A DNA stretch of 64,000 nt, taken from positions 1,302,001-1,366,000 of the forward strand of contig OX337232.1 of the NCBI GenBank assembly GCA_946965045.2, given 5' to 3'. The translations under genes were made by a program, and so were the position numbers. Below the pieces are notes generated by a model. That model was not told where the DNA came from, ran no database searches, and saw nothing but the letters and a program-made list of their open reading frames with translations. Source of the DNA: Epithemia pelagica (taxonomy: Eukaryota > Protista > Bacillariophyta). Below, piece after piece: positions 1 to 12,206 of this stretch; positions within the stretch are counted from its first letter, which is position 1; every line of letters begins with the position of its first letter.

Positions 1-253
1 CATCTATCGTCCTTATTTGAAGAAACCACCGCCAAGGCCAGAGGCCCTCGAGGCGGGAGAGGAAGATGCGACACCCCCATTGTTGGCCGGTGTGGATGGT
101 GGAGTTGTTGATACGAATACCATGGACAGTACCGACAGCAGCCTACCTCCCCCAACGTCATCCATGGAAAGAGGAACCCAAACAGGAAATGAGAACGACA
201 CGGAACAATCATCTTCCACATCAAACGACACAATTGGGCCACCGAAGTCTTAG
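1..253 (+). CDS. 3' end of an unknown protein-coding gene (5'-partial)
   Basis: The frame is open from the window edge (IYRPYLKKPPPRPE...) to TAG at 251-253. It encodes a low-complexity S/T/D/E-rich tail with no recognisable domain. Confidence 0.4.
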   Translation, partial: IYRPYLKKPPPRPEALEAGEEDATPPLLAGVDGGVVDTNTMDSTDSSLPPPTSSMERGTQTGNENDTEQSSSTSNDTIGPPKS

Positions 254-891
254 CGGGAACGGCGACTACAAGGATCCTGCTGGGACAAACGAGCCAAAAA
301 CAACCATCATCGCTCTGTAAGGTCTGTTGAAGATATAGAAGTCTTTGCATTGGCAGACCCAGGGCTGTGGTTAGCACAGTGGTTCCCAATTCTGTTACTC
401 ATTGCGCGGGCTGTAGTTCAATGGCATTGATAAATAATCATTGCTTTTTCACAGATGCGAAGTTGTGGCAAGACATATCCTTCGGTATCTTGACAGCGAA
501 TCGATGTAATATCTAGTAGGTAGGAAATAGATAATGCCATGGTTCAATGGCGCAGTTTAATCCTCCATGACTCCTTTTTGTTTGTACTAAGAGGAAGGTA
601 GATATGGTTCAGCGTAACTCTCAAGTCGTTCAATAGTACACCTATTCAATAAAGCACACCCAATGATGATCAACCACGAATACGAGCAACCAAAATGCTT
701 CCCGTGATTCGGCAAGAGACAAAGGGAAATAAAGATTGGATCTTTCAGAAGTGATAAGCACAAAGAGACTCGCCGAAACCATGGCACAAACCATCGCTCT
801 TTCCCTCACAACAAAATTACTCGCAGTTGCTTTCTGCGCCTTCCCATCAAACTGTCTTGCGGTGATTCGTAATGTAGTTGTTGCTGTATTC

Positions 892-2176
892 TCATCGGTG
901 TTTGAGCACCAAAATGATCAACAGGACAAAAATAAGTGAGGAAAGACAAATTATACATCGCATGGGTCGTGCATTCTTTTGCGTTTCTTCCGCCTTTTCG
1001 AGTTGTTTGATTCCAGTTTTGGTATGTTCGACAACCGTTTCCATATTGTAATCAATGCGATCCAAAATGGTTCCTTGATCAATCACCAACACAGCCAATT
1101 CTTTGAAGATTTGTCCCAACTCTTCAATGGACTGTGCAATTTTGACAATCTCTTGGTCACGGCTACGAACCGCTTCTTGCAAATCATCCACCACTGCCAT
1201 TTGCTGAGTTGTAAAGAATTCTCCGCTACCACCACCGGGGCCACCACCACCAGCACCCCCTGATGAGGTACTCGCATTCAAGTCAATGCCGAACCGAGAA
1301 TCTGCACCCGCCACCAAACCACCACTTTTTTGAGTCTGCACTTCGGACAGATACTTTCTTTGTGATTGACGAAAGGTCACTGAAAGCTCTTGCAAGCGCT
1401 TTGCCAAGCTGATAATGTTCAGGGATTCATGCGCAGAGTTGCATCGTCAGATCCTTCCAAAGGAACAACACAGACACTAAGGAACCAAGTAATAAAACTT
1501 ACCTTCTTTGGATATTTGCTCCAATGGTCGCTTCTTGCCCCCCAGCTCGTTTGGTGGCAACACCAACTTTCTGTAAATGTCGCTCGGCAGTCCGAAAAGC
1601 ACTGGTAATGTCTTGAGTCAAGGCTTCAATTTTTCCTTCCATGTGTTCCAAGTCCCGACCAAAGACGGAACCCACTCGCTGCGAGTGCATTGATTGCAAG
1701 GTAGACATTTGCGTTTGAATTTCTGACAAACAATGTTCAACAGCATTGACATCTTCAACCCAGGCAGGAGGTTTGGGCGATCCACTGTTAAAGGTTGACA
1801 TTTGAATCCCTCCAGAACCATGACCCTCTTCCGCCAACATCAAATCGTGATGTTCCATGTTGACAGAGGAACTTCCACCACCGGCAGAAAGCTTCTTGTA
1901 CCCGTTTCCATGGTCTAGATAGGATTTATGTGAATGTCGAGAAATAATGAAACAAACGAAACAAGTGAGGGAGAAAGAGAACAAAAACGAGGGCAACCGA
2001 ACAAATGTTGGCATGAGTGGTAAGGTGGGTCATGGACACAACTATCACTTGCGTCCTCATCAAAGTGAGCATCAGCTGTGTCACCGACCTGGGGTACCGT
2101 CGCCCTGTGCAGCACGTTTCCTGATAAACGCCGTGCGGCGTTCGATGAAAGCTCGGGTCAAATCTCGAGTTGCCAT
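892..2176 (-). CDS. STX16: Syntaxin-16/Tlg2-type Qa-SNARE, 3 exons (2176-~2098, 1914-1503, 1408-892)
   Basis: Has the N-peptide MATRDLTRAF, an Habc region (PPAWVEDV...), the SNARE motif RDQEIVKIAQSIEELGQIFKELAVLVIDQGTILDRIDYNME and a C-terminal TM anchor. Intron 1409-1502 is GTAAGT...CAG. The first intron acceptor is at 1915-1916; its donor (2097 or 2088) is ambiguous. Confidence 0.9.
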
Positions 2177-2691
2177 GGTTGACCAGACAAGGATTTCGGT
2201 TCTCAGGTTTTGGGTCTTGTGGAAAAGGGCCACAATGAGAAATGAGACGGCAAAAATACTCTGGAGGTGAAAAAATACTCTGGAGGTGAAAAATGCTGTA
2301 TCATGGTTGTGAGCAGTAGAGTCAGCTTCCGGTAACTTGACTGCCTGTATCTCTCATATTGTACGCAACATATCGGGATTCGGGACTCTCGGGATCTTCT
2401 GGTCGTTGATTTAAAAAGAGGAAGAAACAGATGAGGAGTGAAGAGTACCGAGAACGTGAGGAACGTGACAATTACTCCCCAGAGGGAGTAATTGTGAGGG
2501 TCTTGAAATTACTACCTGGGAAACAAACCCGCTGGGGGGTAGAGTAACACTGACAAGGAAACTGCCGACTGGGGAGATCAAAAAATACCGTAATCGTCTT
2601 TTCTCTCTGTGTGTTGTGTGTCCCTCTTGCTCTTGCTTGAGTATTGTTCCCATCGCATCTACACAAAGGAAAACTAATTTATCCAGCAGAT

Positions 2692-4128
2692 ATGTCCAGC
2701 AAGAAGCGGAGAAATGATAACGCGCAAATGCGCCGAGAGGAGTATGAGAATGAGATGCTTCGTGACAATGACCAGGGTGGAAATGATGAGGCGGCAAGTG
2801 GTGGTGCACCTCGTCTACTCCCGGCGAATGCTCTTGGAGGTCGTCGTATAATAAAAGTGAACCGGCCAACCCGTGTATCGGGCAATGCAAGTGTAGCCAG
2901 CGTTGGATCCAGCAGCTCCTCGAAACCCAATATTTTTGCAAATGTACGTTTGACGACGGACCACCCACAACCGGCACCAAACAACTCGTTCTTCGCATCT
3001 TCCAAATTTCCATCCATGTCTTCCAATGGTGGAACGGCCACTGTTCCGAAATCAAATGCAACAGCTTCTCCTCTCCCTACATCAATGTTTGGAGCCAAGG
3101 CGACGAATCCCACACCCACGATGACCACAAAGTCCGTTAGACCGCAATCATTTCCCAATCAATTCAAGAACACGGAACTTTCTCGTTTTTCCCTGGAGCA
3201 GGATAAGGAATTTCTGGAGAAGTTCATTGAAGGCTATCCATCGTATGTCGACCAAATGAGTACTTTATGGGAGTACGGCTTCTTTAGGATGCTCAAAGAG
3301 AATCGCCTTCAAAACAAAGACAAAGACATTAGCGGGAAGAGTAACGCGACTATTACAACCTCCCACGTAAGCACAAAAGCCACGACTCCTTCATCATCTC
3401 ATACCCTCCCTGCCCCATCATTTGGAACTTCCAAACCCTTTACATTTTCCAATTCATCTTCCATTTCTCCACTCTCTGAAGCTCCACCAGCGGCCGCATC
3501 TTCAAATGTGAATCCTTTTTCTTTTACGGGACCAACAAAGCCATCTTTTACAGCCGATTCGGCCACAACGTCACATAAAGGAGGATTTGTGTTTGGGCCG
3601 TCGGGAACTAATTCGTTATCTTCATACAGCAAAGATACTGGTCCCGGTCCGTCGCCTGTTGGTGAAGCACCTACAAACGCAGACAGTGGTTTCTTGGTCG
3701 ACTCCCAGGACGATCATGACAAGGTGCGTAAGACTGAAGATCCAGATTGGAATGAGGTGCAATCTTTTCCATCGGTTCGCATTTATCATCAGGAAAATAT
3801 AAGCGATCCGTCATCCGAGTGGAAAAGTTTTGCGTCGGGTGAATTGCACATTCAGGCACACAAGAAAAATGCTAAAGAACAACGGATCGTGATGCGCAAT
3901 GAGGGCGGGACAACCGTGCTGGTAAATATGAAAATATCTGATTATATGCAATTCAGAATCAAAATTGAAACGAGCAAGAAAAATAAAACATTTGGAGTGA
4001 TTGACTTTCGAGGGATGAATGATAGCGAGCGGGGCATGGAAAGCTTTAAAATCAAAGCACAAGAACAGACGGCGCGTACTTTGTGCGAACTCTTGGAATC
4101 TATTGCCAAGGCAGCTAGTCTCTCGTAA
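2692..4128 (+). CDS. NUP50: Nup50/Nup2-like nucleoporin with C-terminal Ran-binding (RanBD) domain
   Basis: The basic N-terminus (SKKRRNDNAQMRREEYE...RRIIKVNR) resembles the Nup50 importin-alpha-binding segment. The S/T/P-rich middle has FG/FxF motifs (MFG, SFG, FVFG, PFTF, PFSF). The C-terminus WKSFASGELHI...RIVMRNEGGTTVLVN is RanBD-like. First ATG is at 2692. Confidence 0.8.
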   Translation: MSSKKRRNDNAQMRREEYENEMLRDNDQGGNDEAASGGAPRLLPANALGGRRIIKVNRPTRVSGNASVASVGSSSSSKPNIFANVRLTTDHPQPAPNNSFFASSKFPSMSSNGGTATVPKSNATASPLPTSMFGAKATNPTPTMTTKSVRPQSFPNQFKNTELSRFSLEQDKEFLEKFIEGYPSYVDQMSTLWEYGFFRMLKENRLQNKDKDISGKSNATITTSHVSTKATTPSSSHTLPAPSFGTSKPFTFSNSSSISPLSEAPPAAASSNVNPFSFTGPTKPSFTADSATTSHKGGFVFGPSGTNSLSSYSKDTGPGPSPVGEAPTNADSGFLVDSQDDHDKVRKTEDPDWNEVQSFPSVRIYHQENISDPSSEWKSFASGELHIQAHKKNAKEQRIVMRNEGGTTVLVNMKISDYMQFRIKIETSKKNKTFGVIDFRGMNDSERGMESFKIKAQEQTARTLCELLESIAKAASLS

Positions 4129-4835
4129 ACGAGCCTCGTCAATATTGGGGTAGTAGAAGAAGAAGGCTGGACTTGCTGCTTCGAGTGATTGCCTTCGTTT
4201 CCTTTCCTTGATCGATGGATTTGAGTTACCTTGAAGTAATGATGGATCACTTCTCTTTGACTTCCAAACGAATCATCACAACCTGGTGAGAAGAATGACT
4301 TATTGCTTCTCGCTGTATGAACTATATCATTACTATGGCGACGTTTTGGTTCGTCACTTCCTTTGGACATATATGTTCTTTCTAGGTAGATTCAGATACC
4401 GCAGTCACAATGATTTTTGTACTCGACCACTACTCGTATTCGTAGGAAGTAGGAACACATAGCAAAGTCCAAAACTCTCTAGCGGGGTCGATTCTTCCGT
4501 TTCAGCATGAAATCTAATGCGACCGACATCCATAAACAGCAACACAAACAACAACACCAAGCAGCAACAAAGAAGGAGCGGAAGAAGCAGTTGATTGACG
4601 ACGAGCAATACACAACAAACGGTAAGTTTTCTAGCATGTTATGATATATCTGAGACGACTCCATACTTCGTCGTCGTGCAATCAAGCTGGTGTTGTCCTT
4701 CTTTCTCACGAAGGTTTATTTATGTTTTGTTTACCCCATCCAACGAATATCCATCATCTGCTGTATGCCCTCTGTTACTTGCCTTCCACCTGGGGTACAC
4801 AATCCTTTCGCGGAACATGGAAACGGTAGATAACA

Positions 4836-5018
4836 ATGGTATTTCAACGACAGGATGCATGGCGGAACCATCCAATGTACCAAAATCTTATGCGGGATCC
4901 TTTCCCAGGCTTGAAAAAGGCTGTGATAATCTACGCGATTTACTTGGGTTGTGAATATGCATACAAGTCCCTGGGACCGAAACCCAAAATATCGCACGGA
5001 GATGGACACGGGCACTAA
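4836..5018 (+). CDS. NDUFB3: Mitochondrial complex I B12 subunit (NDUFB3-like), 60 aa
   Basis: RQDAWRNHP...PFPG followed by one TM helix matches the R-x-[ED]AWR...FPG pattern of NDUFB3/B12. Confidence 0.72.
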   Translation: MVFQRQDAWRNHPMYQNLMRDPFPGLKKAVIIYAIYLGCEYAYKSLGPKPKISHGDGHGH

Positions 5019-5429
5019 ATGTAATATCGTGTCTGCCCGAGATAAAAAATAAAGAAAAGTGGAAAGGCATTCCAACCATTACAAGTGAATTAAACAAATT
5101 ATCTGCTAACAATAATAGTAGTAAGAACAATTGAACCCCCATCACTTCTACGTCTGTGAGTATTCCGATGCATGTCCATAGTCTCCGCAACACGTTCCAA
5201 CCATTTTCGAACTGTTACCGAACCTCAAGATGGAGAACATGGAACACATGCCAACTCGAATGGAAGCGTGGATCATGCGCGGCGTCGGAGAGGATTCGCC
5301 ACGAGTGATCTTTTGACAACACAACATACGATGGCTACTTCTCCAACTCTGGGGAAAAGAAATTTAGTACAGATGACACGCCACCGGGACTGCCCACATA
5401 TTGTAAGAGAGAGTGGGTCAAGATTATTT

Positions 5430-5876
5430 TCATGTTTCTTCACGGGGGAGATTATTGACATGAATAGATTTTTCAATTGATGTATCAAACTCCTGATACA
5501 CCTTGAGCGCAACCAACATGTAGTCGTAGAAGGAAGACACCACTACTCGAAGCAGTTTTGCCTCGATGGCTTGGAACGATCTTATCCAAGTCAAAGGGAA
5601 AATGATAAGACAAGAACAGAGAGGAAAGTAATGACGTCAGAAAAATGAACGGAGCATCCACACTCACATTCTCAGAATATTTTGTTCTTCCCCATGAAGG
5701 GAGAACTCCTTGAGTACCTTGTCGCTAATCTCGGTGTCAACCTGCATCACCTGCATTGTCTTCACCGCGTGTTCTGAAGTAGGGAACGCCACATCAATAT
5801 CGCAACCATAAGGAAAGTCACATGCTCGGTCATTTTCTGTGGCCACTGGTTCCTCCGTTTGAGGCATCGTCGTCAT
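5430..5876 (-). CDS. PCC1: KEOPS complex subunit Pcc1/LAGE3, 2 exons (5876-5668, 5580-5430)
   Basis: Exon 1 reads IDVAFPTSEHAVKTMQVMQVDTE. Splicing the GTGAGT...AG intron 5581-5667 gives ILRISFQAIEAKLLRVVVSSFYDYMLVALKVYQEF, the Pcc1 signature. Confidence 0.85.
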
Positions 5877-6880
5877 TGTAATATGCTCTTCATTGACTCG
5901 AGAGCGTATCGAGGTTTGTGCAGAAAATAAAATCTGCATCCGGGCCCAAAGAAGCTCCAACCACTGTACCATTCCTGGGGACTATGGGAGTTATTCGTCT
6001 GAGTTCAGTATGAACGGGACGGGTGGGCCGGAAGGCTTGGGGTCTGGGGTGGGAATTTCCAGAAAGACCAGCTGTTCCGAAAACGGACGGACACTAGAGT
6101 AAAAAGTACAATTGAGCAAACATGGCGGTTGATGAAACGGTTAAATATATACGGCAATGATATAGCAATGAATATTTTAATGGTCAGTCATGGTATGATT
6201 TGGAGGTGCACCTCCAACCGCGTAAAATGTGAGTGGGGACTTACCCTTGACGAATCTCTGCTAGTAATGTAAGACGCCCAACCGTTCTGGAATGACTGAA
6301 ACAAGACTTTTTGTTTGAAAGCTCGTAGGAACAGGTAGCAAGACATTAGAGAGAATTGCTGTGTTCGATAACGGGCATGAATCGCTACAACGGCAGAGTT
6401 AAATTCATATTATCATCATACAGCAACAAAGAATTATAAATTGACTAGGAAAGCATATATTATGAATTTTGTTTTTCTTCGTTCGTTCTGCTGACCAGGA
6501 TGCATGTGGTATTGATAATAGCATATTGGTATACGATAAAAGCAGAAGCCCTTATATCTCTCGATTGGCACTCATATTGTATTTCAGTACACATATCACA
6601 ATCGCTCAATGGAACATCGCGAAATTGCCTTTTGCGCCTGATCCTGATGGTCCGCAACGTCGACAAGATGACACTCGTAGCAGTGGCTCGTAACAGGTAG
6701 AACTGTAGCTTGACCTCTATAGATACAATCAATTAGCATCCAAATAGACAACTAGAACATTCATTAGCAACCGAATCAGATTGAGTCGCAGAACTAGTAG
6801 CTACCAATACCAGCTAACGGTGTAAACGGTCGTAGCCGGCCTTGCCGAGACGTGGCCAGAAGCGCCTTCATTTACTATGA

Positions 6881-7031
6881 CACAAATGCAATGGTGATGT
6901 GGCGACAATCAATACTCGTGTTGTTGGATCTAAACATGGACCAACAGAGAAAGACATTCCTCCAAATGTGGTTTATGCAACAAAAACTAATCTTGATCGA
7001 GCAGCAATCAATGATGCCATTTTTGCTAAAC
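6881..7031 (+). pseudogene. PIF1-family helicase remnant, 5' piece (interrupted by the 7032-13183 transposon)
   Basis: ATINTRVVG...VYATKTNLDRAAINDAIFAK is a PIF1 motif IV-like segment. An in-frame TGA at 6878-6880 precedes it, and no Walker A/B exon was found upstream. Confidence 0.75.
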
Positions 7032-7058
7032 CACGTTCGACAAGGAGCCGATTTTGTA
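7032..7058 (+). repeat. Left bipartite TIR: CACGTTCGACAAGG + 2 bp + CCGATTTTGTA
   Basis: Read directly from the sequence; reverse complement of the blocks at 13146-13156 and 13170-13183. Confidence 0.93.
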
Positions 7059-7356
7059 TTGTAATATTATGCCTACAGTATTCACTTGGTCTTGGTCTCT
7101 AGGTTGTAGGTCTTCGCCGGCCGACCCTCCACACGTGCCCATGTGTGTATCGTATCTCGTTCCATTTTTTGAAGTGCAGAACTCGTGATTTGCGCATCAA
7201 CGATGATGATACCGTGGGATGTAGTTCTCCAATCGCGAACATATTGCACAGCTTCATTCAGATGATAGTTGTCCATAATACCCTAGAAAGTGTTCGCGAT
7301 TGCACTATTTTTGCCATCTTCCGCTGGAGTAGTAGCCTCCAACAACTTGGATCGTC

Positions 7357-9816
7357 ATGGACGAAGCACTCGCAAAGTTGATCCGTGAAATTGGTTCGGC
7401 CAATAGGCCATGGTGGTATGGCATAAATGTAGGTGAAAGCGATGAGAACAGTCTTGCTAATCTACTTGGGATCTCTACGGAGTCCCTAATGTGCCTATTG
7501 AGTGTTGTCGGATGGGTGTCACGAGTGGCAACAACGAACGAATCAACATCCTCGTCGTGGAGAGTTCAAGAGAGGAAAATTGAAACCTTCCTAGACCGGT
7601 TTCACCTACGAGACATCACAGCGCTCGCGAAAAGCAGGTATGGAAATGAGCAACGGCGACATTTCCTTGAAGTGGGTTGCGACAAAACGAGTGCAAGTCC
7701 GCTTTATGTCTTCCGAAATTTCACCAAGCCATCGATTCAAAATACCAAATCCATTGCAGTACAAACAAAAAAGCTGCTTCTGAATGCAACAACAAAACAA
7801 GCTGGTGACAGTTCTACGGGGACGACTACGAATCCAACAACGCTGATAAAAACCCCATCTCCAAGGCGGCGCAGAAGTAGCATCCTGAAGAGGCCAAGAG
7901 GAGCAGCTGCTGATGACAAGAGGACGCAAAAGCGAGTTTCTCTCTCCAGTGAGACATTGGAGAATGAAAGAAAACGAGCGATGAGAATGGAGAACAATTC
8001 AAAGATCACCACTCCTGCTACCAACCAGAACAACAACAAGCAGCACGTGAGCCGGAATCAACTCATCAAGCAACAGCTGATTTGCCATTTGTTTCCGAAA
8101 GTCTTCAAGCCGGAGTTCTTCGATGTGATGGAAGAATACTTTTTGGAATCCGAATCTTTTGAGGAGCAAGATCTTGCTGGTGCCCTCGCCTCCGTCATGA
8201 AAGTACTGTATGAACACAACGAGAGAGAAAGAGGCGAAATGTTGGGGGTTCAAAGTTTTATGACCCCCAATCAAAAATTGAGCACACCTACGTTGCATGC
8301 CTATGGAATTGACACAACAAACAAACGCGTGGTTAGTGATCTTGTGCGAGACCTTGTCACTCTATCTGACAAGCGAAGAAAGCACGATGTGCTCACGACC
8401 CGGATGTCTAACGGTAGGATGGTATCTTTGGTTCGGATACCAAAATCTACCAATTTGAAAAGCTTCCATGAGCAAGACAGACACTTCAAGTGGATTGATC
8501 AAGTCTTGGAAGCACTCGGGAAACAAAACGACAGGCCGCGGAAGGTGTTGAAGCCGAGTACAGATGTGCGAAATGACGAGGTAGATGAGCTAGAGGAGGA
8601 TCAGTTAGAGGAGGGGCAAGAAGAGGAGCTGACCGACATGGAGTATACGGCAAAGAATCTCTTTGCCCATCTCGGCAAGAGATTTCCAAATGGGGTCAAG
8701 GAGGCAGTGAAACAACAAAAGTTTGCGTGCGTTGCAATGGACCCGGTTGCAACGTTTGCCATGTGGTCGGACGCAAACATAAACTACTCGCAGGCAAGAC
8801 TGATTGCACGTCACCTCAAGTACTGGTTCGGATGTCCCCTGGTTAGCTCACCTGATGAGCTAAAGAGAGTCCTAGTAACTAAGAAGGCTGTGGCACCGGA
8901 ATGCAATACGCTACAATTAAACAACGAGTCAATCGAATGGAGTGTGCGAGATGCGACACAGGTATTGCTTTACTTTTGCAATACTGTGTTTAATCGAGCT
9001 GACACTCGACAGCATTGGACCTCTATTGATATGGTTGTGTCGGCCGACCATGGGAAAGGCTTCTCTCGTGCCCATGCGGTCTTAATTTGTCGGAAACATG
9101 ACCCTAGCTCAAATAAGTGGACGGAACACAAAGACTCCTACAGTCTAGCAGATGCTAGGTGCAAGAAGGACACCTACGAGATCCTGAAAAGCACCTACAT
9201 GCCAAAACTAGACAGTGCGCTAAGTCAGTTGACAGAGAAAGGCGGTATCGACGTGTGGAAGCGAGCCCAACTAAATGAAAATGAAGAGTGGTACTACTCA
9301 AGGCTTGCGGGGTCACGTCCTGACCAACCTAGCGACACACGCTTCTATGGAGGACTCCCAGTAGAAGTGTTCTTGGCAGGAGACCTAGCCCAAATTATGA
9401 CCAACTATGGGCGAGAAGGCATGTCTAGCTGCTGGTGTGCCTTTTGTCAGCTGACAAAGGCAGAATGGCAGCCACTTAGTCATGCTCGAGGCACAAAGTG
9501 GTCGCTTGCGACAATGAAGGCCCAGCTTGAATACAACAAAACGCTCGATGAGAATGCAAAGGGTGCCCTGCGAAAGGGAATAAAAAATGTGCCTTTGCTT
9601 ACTGCCGTGGATGTGTGTCATGTGTCAATGCCTGTTCTCCACATCAAGTTGGGCGTTGTGAACAAGGCTCTAGATTGTTTGTACAGTGATCTCCAGGCTG
9701 CCTGTGAGATCTACACAGCAGCCTGGATCGATCTTGAAACGGAATGGCTCAGACAGAAAAAGGAAGAAGAACAAGTGGTGAGCGAGCTGATGGAAATCAC
9801 GCGGCAGATACAGGAA

Positions 9817-9854
<38 letters not shown>

Positions 9855-10791
9855 GGTTCCGGATGAGCACATTGCAGCTGAGATTGCTTTGTTGAAACAA
9901 AGCCTGAAGGAGAAGGATGGTGAGCGGAAGGCAAGGGTAAAGTTGGTTAAAGAAGCAAAACATGAATGGGACAAAGAGAAGAGTGTCCCTGAGAACTCAC
10001 GAAAGCATGGACAACCTGTCTATTGCAAGTTCGAAGGGATCGAGCGTGCCCATGGAATTGACAGGGCAGCGTTTCATGGGGGTGCTCTGCAAGGCAACCC
10101 CTGCAGCACAGTGTTGGTTGATCGGAAGTTTATCTTCGGAGAGATTTGGGTCTACGTCCGGGACCTCCCGGACGAACAGAAATGGGTGGATAATGCGACA
10201 ATCAAAAGGGTGATTGATGCCTATGAACGATTGATGGGGCATCTCGATGCCACTTTTTCTATTTTGCAGACGCCTCGGAATCACATCACGCCACAACAGG
10301 TGCTCCACTTAGAGCATCATTTGAAGCATGCTTCTTGGGTATGGCGAGCACTCGACATCCCAATTTCACCCAAGATGCACATTTTGGAAGACCATGCACT
10401 TGACGCAGTGAAACGGTACGGCGGAATCGGTGATTTGGGTGAAGATGAAGGCGAGCGCGCCCATCAGACTGGGGCGCAGATGGAAAGCCGCATGAAGTCT
10501 CTAAACCACTCAACAAAGGGGCAAGTTGTAGCTCAGTTGGAGGTGATGACAAAGAATGACGCAGTGCAAGACAGGCTTGTTGCGGTCACGAAAGCGGTAC
10601 AACGGAACGTGAACAGGAGAAATGGTGAGGGGGGTGATCAAGAAGCCCCCAAATCCTACAAAGGCAACAAGCACAAGGCCTTGCGTGACTCTGAGCGGGT
10701 GGCACTTCTATCGATGTTCGCTATCCAAGAGGAGAAGTACCCCCGACTTGATGAACTACGACACCAAAAGCTGCTTCAGTCGGAATCATGA
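7357..10791 (+). CDS. DDE transposase of the RAG1/Transib/Chapaev-like group, 1144 aa, intact ORF
   Basis: Motifs in RAG1-core order: SADHGKG (D1, 9046), AGDLA (D2, 9382), CWCAFC (Zn), PVLHIKLG, PKMHILEDH (Zn His pair) and GIGDLGEDEGERAHQ (catalytic E, 10453). Confidence 0.85.
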
Positions 10792-10841
10792 TAGCTACCA
10801 TAATCGCATGTAAGGAATACTAAGTAAGTTTTGGTTAATGA

Positions 10842-11267
10842 CTAAGCTTTCTCTAGTACAAGTCCCCGCTTCGGGAAACCACTGTCACGGCACGCTATTT
10901 TTAGGAGCTTGAAAGACTCATGGTGCCCCATGATGGTGAAGCGAAGCATCCACTCCCGACACTCTTCTCCAACGTGACATCGGTCTCCTTCATGTCCCAA
11001 AGGCAATGGAACGACTGCAAAGAACTCGAGTCCCTCGTGTCCATTGCGTTGACTCCTGACACGAAAGACATCCCAAGCCAACACTTCATGGGACAGAAAT
11101 GTCTTATGGACCAGCGTTTTGTCGGCGCCGGTGTAAGACACTTGAAAGCCATGCCCAAAGTTTGTCTTGCCGACAAAGAGAGCGGCACTGTGGCTCCGAG
11201 TCCACATGTGATCCTCTGAATCACGGTCTACTATTCCGACCTCAAACATTCCACCAGTCAATCTCAT
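10842..11267 (-). CDS. Transposon accessory ORF2 (141 aa from ATG 11267), unknown function, convergent with the transposase
   Basis: Complex, beta-strand-like composition (MFEVGIVDRD...FQVSYTG...VLAWDVFRV). Its stop lies 50 bp from the transposase stop. The 5' end may extend into the CAA-rich tract. Confidence 0.55.
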   Translation of the reverse strand: MRLTGGMFEVGIVDRDSEDHMWTRSHSAALFVGKTNFGHGFQVSYTGADKTLVHKTFLSHEVLAWDVFRVRSQRNGHEGLEFFAVVPLPLGHEGDRCHVGEECREWMLRFTIMGHHESFKLLKIACRDSGFPKRGLVLEKA

Positions 11268-11389
11268 TGTTGTTGCGTCGTTTTTGCCGCCACCAGCAGT
11301 CCTGTTCTTTTCCGTTGCTTCTGCCACGGGGGCGTGTGTTGTCGTGGCTTGTGTCGTTGTCGTTCTTCTTCTTGTTGTTTGAGGTCAGC

Positions 11390-11860
11390 GTGGTTGCTTG
11401 CGTTGTCGTTGTTGATGTTGTTGTTGTCGTCGCGGCTTGTGTTGCTACTGTTGTTGTTGCCACGGCTTGTCTTGACGTTGTTGCTGTTGTCTTCGTCGCG
11501 GGTTGTGTTGTCGTCGTCGTTGTTGTCGTCGCTTGTTGTCGCGGGTTGTGTTGTTGGTGTTGGTGTTGTTGTTTCCTGTCAGCGTCGTGGATTGTGTTGT
11601 TGTTGTCGTTTGTTGATGTCGCAGTGGTGTGTTGTTGTTGCCACGGCTTGTCTTGACGTTGTTGCTGTTGTCTTCGTCGCGGGTTGTGTTGTCGTCGTCG
11701 TTGTTGTCGTCGCTTGTTGTCGCGGGTTGTGTTGTTGGTGTTGTTGTTGTTGTTGTTTCCTGTCAGCGTCGTGGATTGTGTTGTTGATGTCGCCGTGGTG
11801 TGTTTTGTTGTTGTTGTTGTTTGTTGATGTCGCCGTGGCGTGTTTTGTTGTTGTTGTTGT
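11390..11860. repeat. (GTT/GTC)n-rich low-complexity tract containing a 181-bp tandem duplication and a 40-bp duplication
   Basis: CACGGCTTGTCTTGACG... starts at both 11461 and 11642. GATGTCGCCGTGG occurs at both 11786 and 11826. Confidence 0.85.
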
Positions 11861-12206
11861 TTGCTGTCAGCTCCGTGGTCCGTGGATTGGGTTGTTGTCG
11901 TCGTCGTCAAAGTTTGTTTGTTGTGTTAGTTCCGTCGCCGTCCTCGTCCTTGGCTGCTGGCGCGGACGATGGAGTGGCCTCCTGCGCTGTTTGATTGTTG
12001 CATCTTGCATCACCATGTGCTTCGCTCTCTCATCATTCCCGATTGTGGAATGATTGTTGATATTCAAAAAGTGGGAACGTCGTTCCCACAGGTCAAGCAC
12101 GTGTGCAGTCTTGTTGCGGACAAGGCGGGAAGCGCACGCAAGCTCTTCTACACATGGTGGAGAAGCACTTCGTTTGATTGTTGCATCTCTTCACTTTTTG
12201 GAAACC

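Noticed and set aside
404-426. GCGCGGGCTGTAGTTCAATGGCA resembles a tRNA 5' end/D-loop
   Set aside because: No closing D-stem, anticodon arm, T-loop (GTTCRA) or complementary acceptor stem follows.
4507-4621. Short ATG-initiated Q/K-rich frame ending at a GTAAGT donor upstream of NDUFB3
   Set aside because: The one downstream acceptor I tested (AG at 4828-4829) joins it to a different frame from NDUFB3. It may be a uORF or 5'-UTR intron; unsupported without RNA data.
11099-12053. Several 185-239 aa ORFs (poly-V/C/L or poly-T/Q/N)
   Set aside because: These are translation artefacts of the (GTT/GTC)n tract, open in multiple frames and with no domain content.
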